DNA from: the human T2T-CHM13v2.0 reference genome, Homo sapiens
Reading direction: 5' to 3' (one strand)
Length of the DNA stretch: 64,000 nucleotides
Assembly: GCF_009914755.1 (NCBI RefSeq)
Contig: NC_060933.1
Position numbers and translations under genes: made by a program. Numbering within the stretch: position 1 is the stretch's first letter; every line of letters starts with the position of its first letter. Shown here one piece after another: positions 45,981-56,629 of this stretch. The notes beneath the pieces are model-generated. The model ran no database searches. It was not told the origin of the DNA and worked only from the letters and a program-made list of their open reading frames with translations.

Positions 45981-46060
45981 CACTCGCGTTGATTCCAATG
46001 TATTCCTTTCCATTCCATTCCACTCGCGTTGATTCCAATGTATTCCTTTCCATTCCATTC
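45981..46060. repeat. Perfect 40-bp tandem duplication
   Basis: cactcgcgttgattccaatgtattcctttccattccattc x2. Confidence 0.93.
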
Positions 46061-46293
46061 CATTCCATTGCAATCGAGTTGATTCCATTGCTTTGCATTC
46101 CATTCCATTCCATTCCATTCCGGGTGATTCCATTCCATTTCATTCCATTCCATTCCATTCCCCTGCACTCGGGTTGATTCCATTCCATTCCACTCCATTC
46201 CGTTCCATTCCATTCCATTCCATTGTATTCGGGTTAATTCCATTCGATTGCAATGGAATGGAATGGAATGGAAAGGAATACATTGGAATCAAC
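46028..46293. repeat. Perfect 50-bp inverted repeat (46028-46077 / 46244-46293) with 166-bp spacer at the breakpoint
   Basis: gttgattccaatgtattcctttccattccattccattccattgcaatcga is the exact reverse complement of tcgattgcaatggaatggaatggaatggaaaggaatacattggaatcaac. Confidence 0.93.
46241..46260. other. Inversion breakpoint (strand switch) within the satellite array
   Basis: ...gggttaattc cattc|gattg caatggaatg...: CATTC repeats end at 46245 and GGAAT repeats follow with no inserted foreign sequence. Confidence 0.98.
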
Positions 46294-48355
46294 CCGATTG
46301 GAATGGAATGGAAAGGACTGGAATGGAGTGGAATGGAATGGAATGGAATGGAATGGAATCAACTCGATTGGAATTTAATGGAATGGAATGGAATGGAATG
46401 GAATGGAATGGAATGGAATTAACCCGAATAGAATGGAATGGAATGGAATGGAACGGAACGGAATGGAATGGAATGGAATGGAATGGAATGGAATGAAATG
46501 GAATGGAAACAACCCGACTGCAGGGGAATGGAATGGAATGGAATGCAATGAAATGGATTCAACTTGAATGGAATGGAAAGAATGGAATCAACACGAGTGG
46601 AATGGCATTTATTGGAATGGAATGGAATGGAATCAACCCGAGTACAGGGGAATGGAATGGAATGGAATGCAATGGAATGGAATCATCCGTAATGGAATGG
46701 AAAGGAATGGAATGGAATGGAATGGAATGGAATGGAATGGAATGGAATCAACTCGATTGCAATCGAATGGAATGGAATGGAATTAACCCGAATAGAATGG
46801 AATGGAATGGAATGGAACGGAACGGAATGGAATGGAATGGAATGGAATGGAACGGAACGGAACGGAATGGAATGGAATGGAATGGAATGGAATGGAATGG
46901 AATTAAACCGAATAGAATGGAATGGAATGGAATGGAACGGAACAGAACGGAACGGAACGGAACGGAGTGCAATGGAATGGAATGGAATGGAATTGTATGG
47001 AATGGAATGGAATGGAATGGTACGGAATAGAATGGAATGGAAAGAATTGGAATGGAATGGAATGGAATGGAATGGAATGGAATGGAATGGAATCAACCCG
47101 AGTGCAGGGGAATGTAATGGAACGGAATGCAATGGAATGGAATCATCCGGAATGGAATGGAATGGAATGGAATGGAATCAACCTGAGCGCAATGGAATGG
47201 AGTGGAATGGAATGGAATGAATGGAACAACCCGAATGGAATGGAATGTAATGGAGAGTAAGGGAGTTGAATAGAATCAATCCGAATGTAATGGAATGGAA
47301 CGGAATGGAATGGAATGGAATGGAATGGAATGGAATGCAATGGCATGGAATCAACCCGAGTACAATGGAACGGAAAGGAATGTAATGTAATGTAATGGAA
47401 TGGAATGGAATGGAATGGAATGGAGTCAACCCGAGTGCAATGGAATGGATAGGAATGGAATGGAATGGAATGGAAACTACCCGAATGGAATGGAATGTAA
47501 TGGAGTGTAAGGGAATTGAATAGAATCAATCCGAATGGAATGGAATGGAATGGAACGGAATGTAATGTAATGGAATGGAATGGAAAAAACCCGAGTGCAG
47601 GGGAATGGAATGGAATGGAATGCAATGGAATGGAATCATCCGGAATGGAATGGAATGGAATGCAATGGAATGGAATGGAATGGAATGCAATGGAATGGAA
47701 TCATCCGGAATGGAATGGAATGGAATGGAATGGAATGGAATGGAATCAACCCGAGTGCAATGGAATGGAGTGAAATGGAATGGAATGGAATGGAGACAAC
47801 CAGAATGGATTGGAATATAATGGAGTGTAAAGGAATTGAATAGAATCAATCTGAATGTAATGAAATGGAAGGGAAGGGAATGGAATGGAATGGAATGGAA
47901 TGCAATGGAATGGAATCAACCCGAGTACAATCGAATGGAATCGAATGGAATGGAATGCAATGGAATGGATTCAACTTGAATGGAATGGAAAGAATGGAAT
48001 CAACACGAGTGGAATGGCATGGATTGGAATGGAATGGAATGGAATCAACCCGAGTATAGGGGAATGGAATGGTATGGAATGCAATGGAGTGGAATGATCC
48101 GTAATGGAATGGAAAGGAATGGAATGGAATGGAATGGAATGGAATGGAATCAACTCGATTGCAATCGAATGGAATGGAATGGAATTAACCCGAATAGAAT
48201 GGAATGGAATGGAATGGAACGGAACGGAACGGAATGGAATGGATTGGAATGGAATGGAATGGAACGGAAAGGAATGGAATGGAATGGAATGGAATGGAAA
48301 GGAATGGAATCAACGCGAGTGCAGGGGAATGGAATGGAATGGAATGCAATGGAAT

Positions 48356-48370
48356 GGAATCTTCCGGAAT
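48356..48370. promoter_or_regulatory. Perfect three-unit heat-shock element (nGAAn-nTTCn-nGAAn), representative right-arm copy
   Basis: gGAAt cTTCc gGAAt. About 11 right-arm copies, e.g. 49209 (ggaaa variant), 50792, 51635, 53460, 54483, 54977, 59144, 60697, 61470, 63232. Confidence 0.6.
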
Positions 48371-48460
48371 GGAATGGAATGGAATGGAATGGAATGGAAT
48401 GGAATAAACCCGAGTGCAATGGAATGGAGTGGAATGGAATGGAATGGAATGGAACAACAC

Positions 48461-48560
48461 GAATGGAATGGAATGTAATGGAGAGTAAGGGAGTTGAATA
48501 GAATCAATCCGAATGGAATGGAATATAATGGAGAGTAAGGGAGGTGAATAGAATCAATCC
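48461..48560. repeat. 50-bp tandem duplication of the degenerate island
   Basis: gaatggaatggaat(g/a)taatggagagtaagggag(t/g)tgaatagaatcaatcc x2. Confidence 0.9.
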
Positions 48561-51500
48561 GAATGTAATGGAATGGAATGGAACGGAATGGAATTGAATG
48601 GAATGGAATGGAATGGAATGGAATCAACCCGAGTGCAATGGAATGGAGAGGAATGGAATGGAATGGAATGGAAACTACCCGAATGGAATGGAATGTAATG
48701 GAGTGTAAGGCAATTGAATAGAATCAATCCGAATGTAATGGAATGGAATGTAATGGAATGGAATGGAATGGAATGGAATGGAATGGAATGGAATCAACCC
48801 GAGGGCAATCGAATGGAATCGAATGGAATGGAATGCAATGCAATGGATTCAACTTGAATGGAATGGAAAGAATGCAATCAACACGAGTGGAATGGCATGG
48901 ATTGGAATGGAATGGAATGGAATCAACCCGAGTACAGGGGAATGGAATGGAATGGAATGCAATGGAATGGAATCATCCGTAATGGAATGGAAAGGAATGG
49001 AATGGAATGGAATGGAATGGAATGGAATCAACTCGATTGCAATCGAATAGAATGGAATGGAATTAACCCGAATAGAATGGAATGGAATGGAATGGAACGG
49101 AACGGAATGGAATGGAATGGAATGGAACGGAACGGAATGGAATGGAATGGAATGGAATGGAATCAACGCGAGTGCAGGGGAATGGAATGGAATGGAATGC
49201 AATGGAATGGAAACTTCCGGAATGGAATGGAATGGAATGGAATGAAATGCAATGGATTCAACTCGATTGCAATGGAATGGAATAGAATGGAGTGGAATGG
49301 CATGGAATGGAATTAATCCGAATAGAATGGAATGGTATGGAAAGGAATGGAATGGTACGGAATAGAATGGAATGGAACGAATTGTAATGGAATGGAATTG
49401 AATGGAATGGAATGGAATGGAATGGAATCAACGTGAGTGCAGGAGAATGTAATGGAACGGAATGCAATGGAATGGAATCATCCGGAATGGAATGGAATGG
49501 AATGGAATGGAATGGAATGGAATGGAATGGAATCAACCCGAGTGCAATGGAATGGAGTGGAATGGAATGGAATGGAATGGAACAACCCGAATGGAATCGA
49601 ATGTAATGGAGAGTAAGGAAGTTGAATAGAATCAATCCGAATGTCATGGAATGGAATGCAACGGAACGGAATGGAATGGAATGGAATGTAATGGAATGGA
49701 ATGCAATGGAATGGAATCAACCCGAGTACAATGGAATGGAATGGAATGGAATGGAATGGAATGGAATGGAATGGAATGATTCGGAATAGAATGGAATGGA
49801 ACGAAATGGAATGGAATGGAATGGAATGGAATGGAATGGAATGGAATGGAATGGAATGGAATCGTTCCGAGTGGAATAGGAGGGAATGTATTCGAGTGGA
49901 ATGGAAAGGAATGGAATCAACCAGAGTGGAATGGAAGGGAATGGAATGGAATGGAAACTAATAGAATGGAATCAACCCGAGTGGAATGGAATTGAAAGGA
50001 CTGGAATGGAATGGAATGGAATGGAATGGAGTGGAATGGAATGGAATCAACCCGAGTGCAATGGAATGGAATGCAATGGAATGCAATGGAATAGAATCAT
50101 CCGGAATGGAATGGAATGGAATGGAATGCAAAGCAATGGAATCAACTCGATTGCAATGGAATGGAATGGAATGGAAAGGAATACCTTGGAATCAACCCGA
50201 GTGGAATGGAATGGAAAGGACTGGAATGGAGTGGAATGGAATGGAATGGAATGGAATGGAATGGAATCAACTTGATTGGAATGGAATGGAATGGAATGGA
50301 ATGGAATGGTATGGAATGGAATGGAATCAACCCGACTGCAGGGGAATGGAATGGAATGGAATTCAATGGAATGGATTCAACTTGAATGGAATGGAAAGAA
50401 TGGAATCAACACGAGTGGAATGGCATGGATTGGAATGGAATGGAATGGAATCAACCCGAGTACAGGGGAATGGAATGGAATGGAATGCAATGGAATGGAA
50501 TCATCCGTAATGGAATGGAAAGGAAAGGAATGGAATGGAATTGAATGGAATGGAATGGAATGGAATCAACTCGATTGCAATCGAGTGGAATGGAATGGAA
50601 TTAACCCGAATAGAATGGAATGGAATGGAATGGAACGGAACGGAACGGAACGGAATGGAATGGAATGGAATGGAATGGAATGGAATGGAATGGAATGGAA
50701 CGGAAAGGAATGGAACGGAATGGAATGGAATGGAATGGAATGGAATCAACGCGAGTGCAGGGGAATGGAATGGAATGGAATGCAATGGAATGGAATCTTC
50801 CGGAATGGAATGGAATTGAATAGAATGGAATGGAATGGAATGGAATAAACCCGAGTGCAATGGAATGGAGTGGAATGGAATGGAATGGAATGGAACAACC
50901 CGAATGGAATGGAATGTAATGGAGACTAAGGGAGTTGAATAGAATCAATCCGAATGTAATGGAATGGAATGGAACGGAATGGAATTGAATGGAATGGAAT
51001 GGGATGCAATGGAATGGAATCAACCCGAGTGCAATGGAATGGAGAGGAATGGAATGGAATGCAATGGAAACTACCCGAATGGAATGCAATGTAATGGAGT
51101 GTAAGGGAATTGAATAGAATGAATCCGAATGTAATGGAATGGAATGGAACGGAATGGAATGGAATGGAATGGAATGGAATGGAATGGAATGCAATGGAAT
51201 GGAATCAACTCGAGTGCAATCGAATGGAATCGAATGGAATGGAATGCAATGGAATGGATTCAACTTGAATGGAATGGAAAGAATGGAATCAACACGAGTG
51301 GAAGGGCATGGATTGGAATGCAATGGAATGGAATCAACCCGAGTACAGGGGAATGGAATGGAATGGAATGGAATGGAATGGAATCATCCGTAATGGAATG
51401 GAAAGGAATGGAATGGAATGGAATGGAATGGAATCAACACGATTGCAATCGAATGGAGTGGAATGGAATTAACCCGAATAGAATGGAATGGAATGGAATG

Positions 51501-51599
51501 GAATGGAACGGAACGGAACGGAATGGAATGGAATGGAATGGAATGGAACGGAATGGAATGGAATGGAATGGAATGGAATGGAATGGAATCAACGCGAGT

Positions 51600-54500
51600 G
51601 CAGGGGAATGGAATGGAATGGAATGCAATGGAATGGAATCTTCCGGAATGGAATGGAATGGAATGGAATGGAATGAAATGCAATGGATTCAACTCGATTG
51701 CAATGGAATGGAATAGAATGGAATGGAATGGAATGGAATGGAATTAACCCGAATAGAATGGAATGGAATGGAACGGAATGGAACGGAATGGAATGGAATG
51801 GAATGAAATGGAATGGAATGGTATGGAATGGAATGGAATGGTACGGAATAGAATGGAATGGAACGAATTGTAATGGAATGGAATTGAATGGAATGGAATG
51901 GAATGGAATGGAATCAACGCGAGTGCAGGGGAATGTAATGGAACGGAATGCAATGGAATGGAATCATCCGGAATGGAATGGAATGGAATGGAATGGAATC
52001 AACCCGAGTGCAATGGAATGGAGTGGAATGGAATGGAATGGAATGGAACAACCCGAATGGAATGGAATGTAATGGAGAGTAAGGGAGTTGAATAGAATCA
52101 ATCCGAATGTAACGGAATGGAATGCAACGGAATGGAATGGAATGGAATGGAATGGAATGCAAAGGAATGGAATCAACCCGAGTGGAATGGCATGGAATGG
52201 AATGCAATGGAATGGAATGGAATGGAATCAACTCGAGTGGAAAGGAATGGAATGGAATGGAAAGGAATGGAATGAAATCAAGTCGAGTGGAATGGAATGG
52301 AATGGAATAGATTGGAATGGATTGCAACGGAATGAAATGGAATGGAATGGAATGGAATCAATCATTCCGAGTGGAATGGAAGGGAATGTAATGGAGTGGA
52401 AAGAAGGGAATGGAATCAACCCGATTGGAATGCAAGGCAATTGAATGGAATGGAAAGGAATGGAATGGAATCAACTCGATTGCAATGGAATGGAATGGAA
52501 TGGAATGGAATTAACCGGAATAGAATGGAATGCAATGGAATGGAACGGAATGGAATGGAATGGAAGGTAATGTAATCAACACGAGTGCAGGGGAATGGAA
52601 TGGAATGGAATGCAATGGAATGGAATCATCCGGAATGTAATGGAATGGAATGGAATCAACTCCATTGCAATGGAATGGAATGGAATGCAATGGAATGGAA
52701 TCATCCGGAATGTAATGGAATGGAATGGAATCAACTCCATTGCAATGGAATGGAATGGAATGGAATGGAATGGAATGGAATCTACTCGATTGGAATGGAA
52801 TGGAATGGAATGGAATGGAATTAACCCGAATAGAATGGAATGGAATGGAATGGAAAGGAATGGAATGGAATGGAATGGAATGGAATGGAATGGAATGGAA
52901 TCAACCCGACTGCAGGGGAATGGAATGGAATGGAATGCAATGGAATGGATTCAACTTGAATGGAATGGAAAGAATGGAATCAACACGAGTGGAATGGCAT
53001 GGATTGGAATGGAATGGAATGGAATCAACCCGAGTACAGGGGAATGGAATGGAATGGAATGGAATGGAATGGAACGGAAAGGAATGGAATGGAATGGAAT
53101 GGAATGGAACGGAACGGAACGGAACGGAATGGATTGGAATGGAATGGAATGGAATGGAATGGAACGGAAAGGAATGGAATGGAATGGAATGGAATGGAAT
53201 GGAATGGAATGGAATCAACCCGAGTGCAATGGAATGGAGTGGAATGGAATGGAATGGAATGGAACAACCCGAATGGAATGGAATGTAATGGAGAGTAAGG
53301 GAGTTGAAAAGAATCAATCCGAATGTAATGGAATGGAAGGGAACGGAATGGAATGGAATGGAATGGAATGGAATGGAATGGAATGGAATGCAATGGAATG
53401 GAATCAACCCGAGTACAATGGAATGGAATGGAATGGAATGGAATGGAATGCAATGGAATGGAATCTTCCGGAATGGAATGGAATGGAATGGAATGGAATG
53501 GAATGGAATGGAATGGAATGCAATGGATTCAACTAGATTGCAACGGAATGTAATAGAATGGAATGGAATGGAATGGAATGGAATTAAACCGAATAGAATG
53601 GAATGGAATGGAATGGAACGGAACAGAACGGAACGGAACGGAACGGAGTGGAATGGAATGGAATGGAATTGTATGGAATGGAATGGAATGGTACGGAATA
53701 GAATGGAATGGAAAGAATTGGAATGGAATGGAATGGAATGGAATGGAATGGAATGGAATGGAATGGAATCAACCCGAGTGCAGGGGAATGTAATGGAACG
53801 GAATGCAATGGAATGGAATCATCCAGAATGGAATGGAATGGAATGGAATGGAATGGAATCAACCTGAGCGCAATGGAATGGAGTGGAATGGAATGGAATG
53901 AAATGGAACAACCCGAATGGAATGGAATGCCATGGAGAGTAAGGGAGTTGAATAAATTCAATCCGAATGTAATGGAATGGAACGCAATGGAATGGAATGG
54001 AATGGAATGGAATGGAATGGAATGGAATGGAATGCAATGGAATGGAATCAACCCGAGTGCAATCGAATGGAATCCAATGGAATGGAATGCAATGGAATGG
54101 ATTCAACTTGAATGGAATGGAAAGAATGGAATCATCACGAGTGGAATGGCATGGATTGGAATGGAATGGAATGGAATCAACCCGAGTATAGGGGAATGGA
54201 ATGGTATGGAATGCAATGGAGTGGAATCATCCGTAATGGAATGGAAAGGAATGGAATGGAATGGAATGGAATGGAATGGAATCAACTCGATTGCAATCGA
54301 ATGGAATGGAATGGAATTAACCCGAATAGAATGGAATCGAATGGAATGGAACGGAACGGAATGGAATGTAATGGGATGGAATGGAATGGAACGGAAAGGA
54401 AGGGAATGGAATGGAATAGAATGGAATGAAATGGAATCAACGCGAGTGCAGGGGAATGGAATGGAATGGAATGCAATGGGATGGAATCTTCCGGAATGGA

Positions 54501-56040
54501 ATGGAATGGAATGGAATGGAATGAAATGGAGTGGAATGGAATGGAATGGAATGGAACAACCCGAATGGAATGGAATGGAATGGAGATTAAGGGAGTTGAA
54601 TAGAATCAATCCGAATGTAATGGAATGGAATGGAACGGAATGGAATTGAATGGAATGGAATGGAATGCAATGGAATGGAATCAACCCGAGTGCAATGGAA
54701 TGGAGAGGAATGGAATGGAATGGAATGGAAACTACCCGAATGGAATGGAATGTAATGGAGTGTAAGGGAATTGAATAGAATCAATCTGAATGTAATGGAA
54801 TGGAATGGAACGGAACGGAATGGAATGGAATGGAATGGAATGGAATGGAATGCAATGGAATGGAATGGAATGGAATGGAACGGAACGGAACGGAATGGAA
54901 AGGAATGGAATGGAATGGAATGGAATGGAATCAACGCGAGTGCAGGGGAATGGAATGGAATGGAATGCAATGGAATGGAATCTTCCGGAATGGAATGGAA
55001 TGGAATGGAATGGAATGGAATGAAATGCAATGGATTCAACTCGATTGCAATGGAATGGAATAGAATGGAATGGAATGGAATGGAATGGAGTTAACCCGAA
55101 TAGAATGGAATGGAATGGAATGGAACGGAATGGAAGGGAATGGAATGGAATGGAATGGAATGGAATGGAATGGTATGGAATGGAATGGAATGGTACAGAA
55201 TAGAATGGAATGGAACGAATTGTAATGGAATGGAATTGAATGGAATGGAATGGAAAGGAATGGAATCAACGCGAGTGCAGGGGAATGTAATGGAACGGAA
55301 TGCAATGGAATGGAATCATCCGGAATGGAAAGGAATGGAATGGAATGGAATCAACCCGAGTGCAATGGAATGGAGTGGAATGGAATGGAATGGAATGAAA
55401 CAACCCGAATGGAATGGAAAGTAATGGAGAGTAAGGGAGTTCAATAGAATCAATCCGAATGTAATGGAATGGAATGCAACGGAATGGAATGTAATGGAAT
55501 GGAATGGAATGGAATGGAATGGAATGGAATGCAAAGGAATGGAATCAACCCGAGTGGAATGGCATGGAATGGAATGCAATGGAATGGAATGGAATGGAAT
55601 CAACTCGAGTGGAAAGGAATGGAATGGAATGGAAAGGAATGGAAAGAAATCAACTCGAGTGGAATGGAATGGAATGGAATAGATTGGAATGGATTGCAAC
55701 GGAATTAAATGGAATAGAATGGAATGGAATCAATCATTCCGAGTGGAATGGAAGGGAATGTAATGGAGTGGAAAGAAGGGAATGGAATCAACCCGATGGG
55801 AATGCAAGGCAATGGAATGGAATGGAAAGGAATGGAATGGAATCAACTCGATTGCAATGGAATGGAATGGAATGGAATGGAATTAACCGGAATAGAATGG
55901 AATGCAATGGAATGGAAAGGAATGGAATGGAATGGAAGGTAATGGAATCAACACGAGTGCAGGGGAATGGAATGGAATGGAATGCAATGGAATGGAATCA
56001 TCCGGAATGGAATGGAATGGAATGGAATCAACTCCATTGC
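51600..56040. repeat. Diverged direct repeat ~1.1 kb: ~51600-52670 and ~54930-56040
   Basis: Same module order, including aatagattgg...ggattgcaacgg...caatcattccgagtgg...gaaagaaggg...ggaaggtaat, with several substitutions. Confidence 0.8.
52601..52750. repeat. 75-bp tandem duplication
   Basis: tcatccggaatgtaatgg...tcaactccattgcaatgg occurs at 52626 and 52701. Confidence 0.9.
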
Positions 56041-56280
56041 AATGGAATGGAATGGAATGGAATGGAATGGAATGGAATTAACCCGAATAGAATGGAATGG
56101 AATGGAATGGAATGGAATGGAATGGAATGGAATCAACCCGACTGCAGGGGAATGGAATGGAATGGAATGCAATGGAATGGATTCAACTTGAATGGAATGG
56201 AAACAATGGAATCAACAAGAGTGGAATGGCATGGATTGGAATGGAATGGAATGGAATCAACCCGAGTACAGGGGAATGGA

Positions 56281-56420
56281 ATGGAATGGAATGCAATGGA
56301 ATGGAATCATCCGTAATGGAATGGAAAGGAATGGAATGGAATGGAATGGAATGGAATGGAATGCAATGGAATGGAATCATCCGTAATGGAATGGAAAGGA
56401 ATGGAATGGAATGGAATGGA
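56281..56420. repeat. 70-bp tandem duplication
   Basis: atgcaatggaatggaatcatccgtaatggaatggaaagga occurs at 56291 and 56361. Confidence 0.88.
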
Positions 56421-56629
56421 ATGGAATGGAATGGAATGGAATGGAATCAACTCGATTGCAATCGAATGGAATGGAATGGAATTAACACGAATACAATGGA
56501 ATGGAATGGAAGGGAACGGAACGGAATGGAATGGAATGGAATGGAACGGAACGGAATGGAATGGAATGGAATGGAATGGAATGGAATCAACGCGAGTGCA
56601 GGGGAATGGAATGGAATGGAATGCAATGG

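Larger units (their letters stand above)
1..46245 (-). repeat. Satellite III (HSat3) array, C-rich (CATTC)n on + strand, so the G-rich GGAAT strand runs on minus
   Basis: Continuous CATTC pentamers with diverged variants (CATTG, CGTTC, CTTTC, TATTC) and recurring ACTCGGGTTG / ACTCGCGTTG / AATCGAGTTG spacers, typical of classical satellite 3 rather than HSat2 (CATTCGATTC ~26-bp units). Confidence 0.98.
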
